Shown here: positions 55,686 to 64,000 of the stretch, one piece after another
How positions within the stretch are numbered: position 1 is the stretch's first letter
Layout of the letters: every line of letters begins with the position of its first letter
DNA from: Thermoleophilia bacterium
GTDB lineage: Bacteria; Actinomycetota; Thermoleophilia; Gaiellales; Gaiellaceae
Length of the DNA stretch: 64,000 bases
Assembly (NCBI GenBank): GCA_025934995.1
Contig: JAICWC010000001.1
Span: 759 to 64,758 of the forward strand
Reading direction: 5' to 3'
The notes under the pieces: generated by a model
Told to the model about the DNA's origin: nothing
The model's database searches: none
The model's input: the letters and a program-made list of their open reading frames with translations, nothing else
Translations under genes and position numbers: made by a program

Positions 55686-56905
55686 ACGTCCGCCAGGTCG
55701 TCGATGTATCGGTCCTCGGTGCCGCGCTTGCGCACCTCGTACGTGCCGTCACTGCGCGCGATGATGATCGTCGCGGCGTTGCGGCGCTGGGCCTGGGTCA
55801 GCTGTCCCTTCATCGACCGGCCAGCGTAGTCCGTGTCGACCGAGCGGCCCGCAGCACGCCACTGCGCGATCGTCGGGAGCACGCCCTCGCGCAGCTCCGG
55901 CGACTCGAACGCGACGAAGACGTCGAGGCCGCGGGGCTCGGGCGCGACGCCTTCCCGCTCGACCGCGAGCAGCAGCCGTTCGAGGCCGGCGCCGAAGCCG
56001 ATTCCCGGGACGTCGCCGCCGCCGACCTCCTTGACGAGCCCGTCGTACCGTCCGCCGCCGCAGATCGTCGAGTTGACGTTCTCGTCCGGGCCGACGAACT
56101 CGAACGTCGTCCGTGTGTAGTAGTCGAGCCCGCGCACGAGCGTCGGATCGAGGACGTACGCGACGCCGTACGCGTCGAGCAGCGACCTGACGGCATCGAA
56201 ATGTTCGCGACACGCGTCGCAGAGCGACTCCCCGATCTTCGGCGCGGCCTCGAGCTCCGCGCGCAGCTTCTCGTTCTTGATGTCGAAGACCTGGAGCACG
56301 CTCGTCGCACGCTTGTGCGCGACCTCCTCGTCGACGAGCGCGGGATGCGCGTCGAGCCACTCGGCGAGCTGGGCCGCGTACTGGGGGCGGCAGTTCGCGT
56401 CGCCGATCGAGTTCAGGCGCAGCTCGTAGTCGGTGACGCCGAGCCGGCGCAGCAGTGCCGTATAGAACTGAAGGACCTCGGCGTCGATCGCGGGATCGGC
56501 CGAGCCGATCGCCTCGAGCGAGAGCTGCCAGTGCTCGCGGTAGCGACCGCGGCCCGGTCGTCCGTAGCGGTACATCGGCGCGATCGTGTACGCCTTCATC
56601 GGCTGCGGCTCCTGCGCGAGGCCGTGCTCGACGTACGCGCGCGCAATCGGCGCGGTGCCTTCCGGACGCAACGTCAGCGAGCGGTCGCTCCGGTCCTGGA
56701 ACGTGTACATCTCCTTGTGCACGACGTCGGATGCCTCACCGGACGTGCGCTGGAAGAGCGCCGTGTCCTCGAAGCCCGGCGTCTGGATGCGCCCGTAGCC
56801 GTACAGCGCGGTCAGCTCCTCGATCGTGCGGATGACGTGCCACCACAGGTGGTCGTTCGGCAGGACGTCATGGGTCCCGCGCGGCGCCTGGAAAGCAGGG
56901 CTCAT
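55682..56905 (-). CDS. hisS: histidine--tRNA ligase
   Basis: APRGTHDVLP, LRPEGTAPIARAY, YRYGRPGRGRYREHWQ and GGGRYDGL. Confidence 0.97.
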   Translation of the reverse strand: MSPAFQAPRGTHDVLPNDHLWWHVIRTIEELTALYGYGRIQTPGFEDTALFQRTSGEASDVVHKEMYTFQDRSDRSLTLRPEGTAPIARAYVEHGLAQEPQPMKAYTIAPMYRYGRPGRGRYREHWQLSLEAIGSADPAIDAEVLQFYTALLRRLGVTDYELRLNSIGDANCRPQYAAQLAEWLDAHPALVDEEVAHKRATSVLQVFDIKNEKLRAELEAAPKIGESLCDACREHFDAVRSLLDAYGVAYVLDPTLVRGLDYYTRTTFEFVGPDENVNSTICGGGRYDGLVKEVGGGDVPGIGFGAGLERLLLAVEREGVAPEPRGLDVFVAFESPELREGVLPTIAQWRAAGRSVDTDYAGRSMKGQLTQAQRRNAATIIIARSDGTYEVRKRGTEDRYIDDLADV

Positions 56906-57537
56906 GAGCGAAGCTCGGCGAGGAACGGATTGCGGTCGAGCTCGCGGCCGAGCGTCGTCGTCGGCCCATGTCCGGGATAGACGACCGTCTCTCGGTCGTA
57001 CCTCTCGGCGAGGGTGCGCACGGAGTCGAGCAGCGTGTCCCAGTCCGCGCCCGGGATGTCGACGCGGCCGACCGATCCGGCGAAGAGCAGGTCACCGCTG
57101 AACAGGTGGCCGGCCGTGTAGTACGCGATGTGTGCGGGCGAATGCCCTGGAATTGCGACGACGTCGAACTCGATCCCGGCGACCGCGACCGTCTCGCCGC
57201 CGTCGAGGACGTGGTCGGGTGTCCAGGGGCGGCCGGGGAACGCCGCCGGCGCGAAGTCGCGGAACTGCTCGAGCGTTTGGCGCTCGCCGGCCGGCATGTA
57301 GACGGGAGCGCCCGTCCCCTCGGCGAGGTCGGCGACGCCCCCCAGATGGTCGTAATGGCCGTGCGTGATCAGGATCGCCGCGCACGTCGCGCCCATGTGC
57401 GCGAGCCCGAGCCGCAGCTGCGCGGCGTCGGCGCCGGGATCGACGACCGCCGCCTCCACCGCCTCGCGCTCGCGGCGGACGACGTAGCAGTTGGTCTGGA
57501 TCGGACCGAGCGGGTACGTGTCGACGACGAGTGTCAC
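56902..57537 (-). CDS. MBL-fold metallo-hydrolase (glyoxalase II-like)
   Basis: ILITHGHYDHLGG, IPGHSPAH and the ATGA overlap with hisS. Confidence 0.9.
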   Translation of the reverse strand: MTLVVDTYPLGPIQTNCYVVRREREAVEAAVVDPGADAAQLRLGLAHMGATCAAILITHGHYDHLGGVADLAEGTGAPVYMPAGERQTLEQFRDFAPAAFPGRPWTPDHVLDGGETVAVAGIEFDVVAIPGHSPAHIAYYTAGHLFSGDLLFAGSVGRVDIPGADWDTLLDSVRTLAERYDRETVVYPGHGPTTTLGRELDRNPFLAELRS

Positions 57538-57581
57538 GTGGGCGAGTGTAATCGGCGGGTTCTGCGGGCACTCGTCGGGTC

Positions 57582-57938
57582 GTGCAGCACTGGAACGTCA
57601 AGGAGCTCACCGCGCCCGACGGATCGCGTTCCCCCGAGATCCTGCATTCGCAGGTGGGCGAATCGCGTGTCGTCGCGATCCACCTGCAGTCCGGCCAGGA
57701 GCTCGGCGACCACCAGGTGAAGGAGGCGGCGCTGCTCGTCGTCGTCGACGGCACCGTGCGCGTGGAGGCCGGCGACGAGTCGATCGACGCGGACGCGGGA
57801 ACGGTGTTGCGGTTCGAGCCGGACGAGCGGCACTCCGTCGCCGCCGCCGGCGAAGCGCGCGTCCTGCTGGTGCTCGCACCGTGGCCCGGCGAGGGCCACT
57901 ATCGCGGCGACGCTAGCGTTTCTTCTTCTGCGGCGTAA
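57582..57938 (+). CDS. cupin domain protein
   Basis: GTG start. VVAIHLQSGQELGDHQVKEAALLVVVDGTVRVEAGDE...RFEPDERHSV. Confidence 0.7.
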   Translation: MQHWNVKELTAPDGSRSPEILHSQVGESRVVAIHLQSGQELGDHQVKEAALLVVVDGTVRVEAGDESIDADAGTVLRFEPDERHSVAAAGEARVLLVLAPWPGEGHYRGDASVSSSAA

Positions 57939-58362
57939 CGTCGCCGGCCGCGATCCTCGCCTGGTAGCGCTTGTAGGCGAAGCGGTCGATGTAGTACGTG
58001 AACGGGATGAAGAGCAGTGTGTAGGCAACGGCCGGGATCAGCCCGGCGAGGTAACGGTTGCCCGACTTCCCGGACGAGAGCGCGAAGAGTGCGAACACCA
58101 CCGCCCCGAGCATCCCGGCGCGCTTGAAGGCGCGACTCCACGACGGCTCCGGCGGCACGCGCGCCGACCGGCCGCGCCCGCTTCCCTTCGCCGGCTGTTT
58201 CGCCGTCGTGGCCTTCGCGCCGTTCGTGCGCTCCTTCTTCTCCTGCTCGAGCAGCTCGGGCGGCGCCTCGTCGAGCTCGTTCCCCTCGGCGTCGACGTAG
58301 ACGAATTCGTATTCGTGCCGCTTCGCCTTCAGTTCGCGGCGCCGTTGCTTCCTGCTCGGCAT
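57913..58362 (-). CDS. membrane protein, unknown function
   Basis: A basic/acidic N-terminal region (MPSRKQRRRELKAKRHEYEFVYVD) and two C-terminal TM helices. Starts 5 nt after the hutI stop. Confidence 0.6.
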   Translation of the reverse strand: MPSRKQRRRELKAKRHEYEFVYVDAEGNELDEAPPELLEQEKKERTNGAKATTAKQPAKGSGRGRSARVPPEPSWSRAFKRAGMLGAVVFALFALSSGKSGNRYLAGLIPAVAYTLLFIPFTYYIDRFAYKRYQARIAAGDVTPQKKKR

Positions 58363-58366
58363 GTGC

Positions 58367-59566
58367 TCAGGCTAGCTCCGACGCGGGCAGCGCGACCGGC
58401 CGCTCGCCGAGGTGGTACGCGAGATATCGCCAGTCCGGTGCGTCGAGGATCGCCAGATCGGCGCGATAGCCGGGCGCGATCCGGCCGATGCGGTCGGATC
58501 GCTGCAGCACGTGAGCCGCATTGACGGTGACCGCGGCCAGCGACTCGGCCGGCGAAAGCTTCAGCTGCGTCGCAGCGAGCGAGCAGACGAGCGGCAGGCT
58601 CTCGGTGAACGAGCTGCCCGGGTTGAAGTCGGTCGCGAGCGCGATTGCGGCGCCCGCGTCGACGAGCGCCCGCCCCGGCGGCATCGGCCGCCCGAGGAAG
58701 AGTGCGCTCGCGGGCAGCAGCACGCCGACGACGTCGCTTCCGGCGAGCGCGCGCACGCCCGCATCGCCGGTCGCCTCGAGGTGGTCGACGCTGCGCGCGC
58801 CCAGCTCGATCGCGAGCGGGATCGCGCCCTGCTCGGTGAACTGGTCGCCGTGCAGGCGCAGCGAGAGGCCCGCGTCCCTGCATGCGGTCAGGTAGCGGCG
58901 GGCCTGCGCCGCGTCGAACGCGCCACGTTCGAGGAAGACGTCCGCCGCCTCCGCGAGCTTTGCGGCCTCGGGCAACACCTCCGCCAGTGCGACGTCGAGG
59001 TACGCATCGGCGTCGCCGTCGAGCTCCGGCGGCACCGCGTGCGCGCCCAGCCAGGTCGGCACGCCTCCTGCGTCGCGGACGGCGCGCAAGGACGCGAGCT
59101 CGGTGTCGCGGTCGAGCCCGTACCCCGACTTGCCCTCGAAGGTCGTCGTGCCGTGCGAGCGCATCCAGGCCGCGTGCCTGCGCACGGCATCGCGGAGGCC
59201 GTCCTCGCCCGCGGCGCGCGTCGCGCGCACGGTCGACAGGATGCCGCCGCCCGCCGCGTGCAGCTCTTCGTACGACGCGCCGCCTGCGCGGAGCGAGAAC
59301 TCCTCGACGCGGTCGCCGCCGAACGCCGGATGCGTGTGGCAGTCGACGAGCCCGGGAACCGCGCAGCGGCCGGCGAACGACCGTTCCTCGACGGCGGCGC
59401 CGAGCGGCTTCAGGTCGCGCATCCGCCCGACGTCGGCGATCGTTCCGGCGTCGACGAGAACGTAGGCGTCCTCGACGACGTCGACCGCGCCGAGCTCGGC
59501 GCCCCGCAGCGGCGCCCGCCGTCCCGCGGGCGACGCGACCTGCGCGAAGTCCCGCAGGAGCAGCAC
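58367..59566 (-). CDS. hutI: imidazolonepropionase
   Basis: GTG 59566 (1-nt overlap with the hutU stop). PGLVDCHTHPAFGG, LRLHGDQF, VDHLE and ATDFNPGS. Confidence 0.9.
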   Translation of the reverse strand: MLLLRDFAQVASPAGRRAPLRGAELGAVDVVEDAYVLVDAGTIADVGRMRDLKPLGAAVEERSFAGRCAVPGLVDCHTHPAFGGDRVEEFSLRAGGASYEELHAAGGGILSTVRATRAAGEDGLRDAVRRHAAWMRSHGTTTFEGKSGYGLDRDTELASLRAVRDAGGVPTWLGAHAVPPELDGDADAYLDVALAEVLPEAAKLAEAADVFLERGAFDAAQARRYLTACRDAGLSLRLHGDQFTEQGAIPLAIELGARSVDHLEATGDAGVRALAGSDVVGVLLPASALFLGRPMPPGRALVDAGAAIALATDFNPGSSFTESLPLVCSLAATQLKLSPAESLAAVTVNAAHVLQRSDRIGRIAPGYRADLAILDAPDWRYLAYHLGERPVALPASELA

Positions 59567-61269
59567 TAGCCGGGACTGCGCGGGATCTTCAGCCCGCCGC
59601 GCTCGGCGGCGTCGACCGCGTCGGCGTAGCCCGCGTCGACGTGGCGCATCACCCCCGTGCCCGGGTCGGTCGTCAGCACGCGCTCGAGCCGCTCCGCCGC
59701 CTCGTCGGTGCCGTCGGCCAACACGACCATCCCCGCGTGGATCGCGTTGCCGATGCCGACCCCTCCGCCATGGTGCACGCTCACCCACGTCGCGCCCGCC
59801 GCGACGTTGACGAGGGCATTGAGGATCGGCCAGTCGGCGATCGCATCCGAGCCGTCGCGCATCGCCTCCGTCTCGCGGTACGGCGATGCAACGGACCCGG
59901 CGTCGAGGTGATCACGCCCGATCACGACGGGCGCCGCGACGGCGCCGCTTCGCACGAGCTCGTTGATCGCCAACCCCGCCTTCGCGCGGTCGCCGTAGCC
60001 GAGCCAGCAGATCCGCGCGGGCAGCCCCTGGAAGGCGACGCGCTCCGGCGCCAGCTCGAGCCACCGCTGCAGGAGCGGGTCGTCGGGGAAGAGCTCGCGA
60101 AGCGCTGCGTCGATCGTGGCGATGTCGGCCGGGTCCCCGGACAGCGCTGCCCAGCGAAACGGCCCGATGCCGCGACAGAAGAGCGGCCGGATATAGGCCG
60201 GGACGAAGCCCGGGTATGAGAAGGCCTCGCTTACGCCGCCGTCTCGGGCCTCACCTCGCAAGTTGTTGCCATAATCGAAAACATAGGCGCCGCGCCGGAC
60301 GTACTCGAGCATCCCTTCGACGTGCGCGACGATCGACTCGCGCGCACGCACGAGGTACTCGTCCGGATCAGATGTCCGCAACGCGGCTGCATCGTCGACC
60401 GACAGACCGCGCGGCACGTAGCCGGTCAACGGATCGTGCGCCGCGGTCTGGTCGGTGACGAGATCGAAGTGCTCTCCGCGCGACGCGAGCTCCGGCACGA
60501 GCTCCGCCGCGTTGCCGAGCAACCCGACCGACAACGGCCGGCGCTCGGCTGCCGCGGCGCGAACACGTGCGAGCGCGTCGTCGAGCGAGTCGGCCGCCTC
60601 GTCGAGGTAACGCGTCTCGAGCCGCCGCTCGATGCGCGAGGGATCGACCTCGATGCAGAGGATCGCCGCGCCCGCCATCGTCCCGGCGAGCGGCTGCGCG
60701 CCGCCCATGCCGCCGAGCCCCGCAGTGAGAATCGTGCGACCGCGCAGGTCGGGCGAGCCGAAGTGCACCTCCCCCGCCGCCGCAAAGGTCTGGTACGTCC
60801 CCTGCAGGATTCCCTGCGACGCGATGTAGATCCAGGAGCCCGCCGTCATCTGACCGAACATCGTCAGGCCCTCCGCCTCGAGCCGGCGGAACTCGTCCCA
60901 CGTCGCCCACTTCGGGACGAGCAGCGAGTTCGCGATCAGGACGCGCGGCGCATCGACGTGCGTGGTGAAGATCCCGACCGGCTTGCCAGATTGGACGAGC
61001 AGGGTCTCGTCCGCGCCGAGCTCGAGCAATGCGCCGACGATCGCGCGCAGCGCCTCGTGGTTGCGTGCCGCCTTGCCGGAGCCGCCGTAGACGACGAGAT
61101 CCTCGGGACGCTCGGCGACGTCGGGGTCGAGGTTGTTGAGCAGCATGCGCAGCGGCGCCTCGGTCGACCACTGGCGCGCGTTCAGCTCGCTGCCGCGCGG
61201 TGCGTGCACGTTCGAGAGGTCGCCGACGAGCGCCTCGACCCGCTGCGCGAGCGACGCCGTCACGCTCAC
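59566..61269 (-). CDS. hutU: urocanate hydratase
   Basis: GTG 61269 (GTGA overlap with the hutH stop). [45 protein letters not shown] and [16 protein letters not shown]. Confidence 0.95.
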   Translation of the reverse strand: MSVTASLAQRVEALVGDLSNVHAPRGSELNARQWSTEAPLRMLLNNLDPDVAERPEDLVVYGGSGKAARNHEALRAIVGALLELGADETLLVQSGKPVGIFTTHVDAPRVLIANSLLVPKWATWDEFRRLEAEGLTMFGQMTAGSWIYIASQGILQGTYQTFAAAGEVHFGSPDLRGRTILTAGLGGMGGAQPLAGTMAGAAILCIEVDPSRIERRLETRYLDEAADSLDDALARVRAAAAERRPLSVGLLGNAAELVPELASRGEHFDLVTDQTAAHDPLTGYVPRGLSVDDAAALRTSDPDEYLVRARESIVAHVEGMLEYVRRGAYVFDYGNNLRGEARDGGVSEAFSYPGFVPAYIRPLFCRGIGPFRWAALSGDPADIATIDAALRELFPDDPLLQRWLELAPERVAFQGLPARICWLGYGDRAKAGLAINELVRSGAVAAPVVIGRDHLDAGSVASPYRETEAMRDGSDAIADWPILNALVNVAAGATWVSVHHGGGVGIGNAIHAGMVVLADGTDEAAERLERVLTTDPGTGVMRHVDAGYADAVDAAERGGLKIPRSPG

Positions 61270-62813
61270 GCGAGCTCCCCCACGGCCCCTTCGACGGCCG
61301 CGATCAGCGAGCCGTCGCGGATCGCCGAAGCGACCACTTCGATGTCGGAGCCGAGCGGCCGGTCTTCGCGCAGGCGCGGCGACAACTCGCGCACGGCTGC
61401 GCGCGCGGCGCGCACCCCCGCGCCCGGCTCGAGCGGCGCATGGAACTCGACGCCCTGGGCGCCGGCGAGCAGCTCGATGGCGAGCGCCCGCTCCACGTTC
61501 GCGAGCACCTGCCATGCCTTCAGCCCGGACGTGTTGCCCATCGACACATGATCCTCCTGACCCGCGCTCGTCGGGATCGAGTCCACCGACGCCGGATGCG
61601 CAAGCACCTTGTTCTCGGAGACGAGCGACGCCGCCACGTACTGCGGGATCATGAAGCCGCTGTTCAGCCCGCCGTCGACGACGAGGAACGGCGGCAGCCC
61701 GTCGGAGAGGTTCGGGTTGACGAGTCGCTCGATGCGCCGCTCCGAGATGTTCGCGAGCTCCGCGACCGCCATCGCGAGCCCGTCCAACGCGAATGCAAGC
61801 GGCTGCCCGTGGAAGTTGCCGTTCGAGACGAGCGACTCGTCGTCGACGAGCACGAGCGGGTTGTCCGTCGCCGCGTTCAGCTCGACTGACACCGTGTACT
61901 CCGCGTAATCCAGCAGGTCTCGCGACGCACCGTGCACCTGTGGGGCGCAGCGGAGCGAGTACGCGTCCTGCACCTTGTCGCACCAGCGGTGCGCCTCGTT
62001 GATCGCCGATCCCTCGAGCAAGCGCAGGACGTTTGCCGCCGAATCGCCCTGACCGCGGAGCGGCCGCAGCGCGTGGATCTGGGGCAGGAACGAGGTGCGG
62101 GAGCCCTGCAGCGCCTCGAGCGACATCGCACACGCGATGTCGGCGACGCGTGTGAGCCGGCGCGCACGCACGAGGCCGAGCGCAAGGAACGACGCCATGA
62201 ACTGCGTGCCGTTGATCAGCGAAAGACCTTCCTTCGCAGCGAGCCGCAACGGCTCGAGCCCGACACGCGCGAGCGCGTCGGCGCCCGAGAGGCGCTCGCC
62301 GTCGACGAATGCCTCGCCCTCTCCCACGAGCGGCAGCGCGAGGTGCGCGAGCGGCGCGAGATCGCCCGATGCGCCGACCGAGCCGCGCGACGGCACCACC
62401 GGGACGATCCCCCGATCGAGACAGGCCAGGAGGAGCTCGACGGTCTCGACTCGCGCGCCCGAGTTGCCCTTCGCGAGCGTGTTCGCACGCAGGAGCATCG
62501 CCGAGCGCACGATCTCGTCCGGATAGAGGTCGCCGACGCCGCAGGCGTGCGAACGGAGCAACCGCAGCTGCAGCTCCTCGGTCAGCTCCTCCGGGATCGA
62601 CGTGTTGACGAAGCGGCCGAAGCCGGTGTTGATGCCGTACGTGTGCTCGCTCGTGCCGTGCGCTGCGTGTTCGACGAGCTCACGCGCGCCGCGCATCTTC
62701 TCGCGGGCCGCGTCCGAGAGCGCCGCCGGCGCTCGTCCGACGGCGACCGACCAGACGTCCGCAACCGTCAAGTCATCGCCGGTGAGGCCGATCGCGCTGG
62801 TCTCCAGAGCCAT
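61266..62813 (-). CDS. hutH: histidine ammonia-lyase
   Basis: [24 protein letters not shown] (the MIO-forming ASG) and NGTQFM. Confidence 0.95.
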   Translation of the reverse strand: MALETSAIGLTGDDLTVADVWSVAVGRAPAALSDAAREKMRGARELVEHAAHGTSEHTYGINTGFGRFVNTSIPEELTEELQLRLLRSHACGVGDLYPDEIVRSAMLLRANTLAKGNSGARVETVELLLACLDRGIVPVVPSRGSVGASGDLAPLAHLALPLVGEGEAFVDGERLSGADALARVGLEPLRLAAKEGLSLINGTQFMASFLALGLVRARRLTRVADIACAMSLEALQGSRTSFLPQIHALRPLRGQGDSAANVLRLLEGSAINEAHRWCDKVQDAYSLRCAPQVHGASRDLLDYAEYTVSVELNAATDNPLVLVDDESLVSNGNFHGQPLAFALDGLAMAVAELANISERRIERLVNPNLSDGLPPFLVVDGGLNSGFMIPQYVAASLVSENKVLAHPASVDSIPTSAGQEDHVSMGNTSGLKAWQVLANVERALAIELLAGAQGVEFHAPLEPGAGVRAARAAVRELSPRLREDRPLGSDIEVVASAIRDGSLIAAVEGAVGELA

Positions 62814-62817
62814 CGAC

Positions 62818-63708
62818 TCAGTCTTGCAGCAGCCGCAGCTCCAGGAGCCGCGACGCGTCGAAGCCGTCGATGCGCAACGCCGAGCCGGCTGCGGCTGCCG
62901 CCGCGCCCGCCGGCATCAAGCCGACGAGCTCCGAGCGCTCGACCTCGACTCCGCGGGCCTGCGCCTCGCGCTCGACCGCGGCGACGATCTCGTGCAGCGC
63001 GGAGGCCTCCCAGTCCTCGACATTCATGCTCACCTGCGCCTTGCCCGCCCGCGGCAGCTCGAGGCCGAGCGCGCGCACGCCGGGAAAGCCGCCGCCGCGC
63101 TCGCGGACGACGGCCGCGATCTCGCGTGCGATCTCGAGCGACGCGCCGGCGAGGTCGACGTTGAACGCGATCAGCGGCCGTCGCGCGCCGACGATGACGC
63201 CGCCGGCGGCTTCATGGAGCAGTGCCGGGCCGAAGTCCGGCGCGATCTCGCCCCCGTCGATCCGCGCCTGGAGCCCGGCGGTCCCGCCACGGCGGAAGAA
63301 CGCCGGTCCGCGTCCGCCTCCGACCTCCGCATAGAGAAAGACGGGCAGGGCGAGCTCGTCGCCCACGCGCCGTGCGAGCGATCGCGCAACCGCGCGCGCA
63401 CGCTCCATGTCGTCGGGGTGGATCGGCACGACCGGCACGACGTCGGCGGCGCCGATGCGCGGGTGCACGCCTTCATGCCGGCGGAGGTCGATTCGCTCAC
63501 GCGCGCAGGCGATGCCGGCGAGTAGCGCTTCGACCAGCGCGGAATCGTCGCCGACGAGCGTGAACACCGACCTGTTGTGGTCCTCGTCGCTGTGGACATC
63601 GAGCAGTCTCGCGCGCGAGGCGAGCGCGCGCGCGAGCGCGTCGATCACGCCGCGGTCGCGACCCTCCGAGAAATTGGGAACAGCCTCAAGCGGCAGAGCG
63701 AAGGACAC
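62818..63708 (-). CDS. glutamate formimidoyltransferase (FtcD N-terminal transferase domain only)
   Basis: LEAVPNFSEGRD, DEDHNRSVFTLVG, HPRIGAADVVPVVP and IGARRPLIAFNV. Confidence 0.9.
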   Translation of the reverse strand: MSFALPLEAVPNFSEGRDRGVIDALARALASRARLLDVHSDEDHNRSVFTLVGDDSALVEALLAGIACARERIDLRRHEGVHPRIGAADVVPVVPIHPDDMERARAVARSLARRVGDELALPVFLYAEVGGGRGPAFFRRGGTAGLQARIDGGEIAPDFGPALLHEAAGGVIVGARRPLIAFNVDLAGASLEIAREIAAVVRERGGGFPGVRALGLELPRAGKAQVSMNVEDWEASALHEIVAAVEREAQARGVEVERSELVGLMPAGAAAAAAGSALRIDGFDASRLLELRLLQD

Positions 63709-64000
63709 GGCTGCATTCTTCGCAGATCTGCGGCGGCACGAGGCCGAGACGCATTCCGAGGTAGAACGTCTTGCAGCCGATGCAGAGGCCGAAACCGGCT
63801 TCGAGCGAGGCGAAGACCGCGATCACGCCCAGCAGCACCGAGGCCGCGAGGTGGGAGCCGACGACGTACCAGACGAGCGTCGCTGTGACCGTGAAGACGG
63901 CGCCGATCGTCTGAGCGAACCGCTTCGCCGGCCCGGGCGAGTAGCGGGCGCGCACCGAGAGCCGCGGCGTGACGACGCGCGTCGCGACGAGGCCGAGCGG
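63686..64000 (-). CDS. DUF4395-like membrane protein (5' end outside the window)
   Basis: The frame stays open to the window edge upstream of the track's start at 63955. Hydrophobic helices are followed by the C-terminal CIGCKTFY...CEEC. Confidence 0.55.
   Translation of the reverse strand, partial: PLGLVATRVVTPRLSVRARYSPGPAKRFAQTIGAVFTVTATLVWYVVGSHLAASVLLGVIAVFASLEAGFGLCIGCKTFYLGMRLGLVPPQICEECSRVLRSAA

Noticed and set aside
54153-55829. 558-aa plus-strand ORF
   Set aside because: It is antisense to aspS and the hisS 3' end. It has shadow-ORF composition.
61270-62133. N-terminal 288 codons of the 855-aa ORF 59566..62133 (an apparent giant HutU)
   Set aside because: That part overlaps hutH out of frame and is Arg/Ala/Gly junk. 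HutU homology begins at the GTG (61269) that overlaps the hutH stop. Similar 5' over-extensions were trimmed for many track ORFs, including 41958..43706, 43504..44967, 40900..42318, 37501..38832, 26600..27769, 18485..19924 and 51905..53305.

Overview
This is a 64-kb stretch of a very GC-rich bacterial chromosome (roughly 70% GC or more by eye), densely packed with about 80 protein-coding genes, most on the minus strand. I recognised no rRNA, tRNA, CRISPR array, transposase, integrase or phage genes. Most of the window is housekeeping, arranged in long co-directional arrays whose genes are joined by 4-nt or 1-nt start/stop overlaps. The arrays I could follow are: (a) ybaK-PDRP; (b) deoB-pdp-mutM; (c) recN-nadK-tlyA-MTase-epimerase-ispA-xseB-like-nusB-accC; (d) alaS-ruvX-mltG-aroE-aroC-aroK/B-aroQ-pepP-efp followed by an accB-like gene; (e) MBL-hisS-aspS, then DivIVA-like, PE-rich membrane protein, RlpA-like, mnmA, DUF948, anti-sigma-like and a SigF-type sigma factor; (f) ftcD-hutH-hutU-hutI. 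The gene order and GC content suggest an Actinomycetota-like, possibly deep-branching, organism, but this is inference only. Two blocks look accessory. Block 1 (about 1.2-7.9 kb) lies between ppdK and its regulator PDRP. It holds exported proteins: an M11-like metzincin with FN3 domains, an Ig-like repeat protein, an EXORDIUM/PHI-1-like protein and an orphan LuxR-type response regulator. Block 2 (about 31.5-35.4 kb) splits accC from the accB-like gene. It holds two cupins, a methyltransferase, VOC, SnoaL-like and HIT proteins, and a small CCxxCxxC membrane peptide. The most unusual single items are four. First, an AccB-type biotin carrier is fused to a 5S/OadA-type carboxyltransferase domain in which all metal ligands are substituted. 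Second, a roughly 107-nt element with a four-way-junction fold sits in the mnmA leader. Third, MnmA carries an N-terminal IscU-like remnant. Fourth, the anti-sigma homologue has degenerate kinase motifs. I did not find a clear-cut new multi-gene system such as a defence or secretion system. All start sites I refined by hand rely on the frame, the homology onset and the start/stop overlap pattern, and may be off by a few codons.
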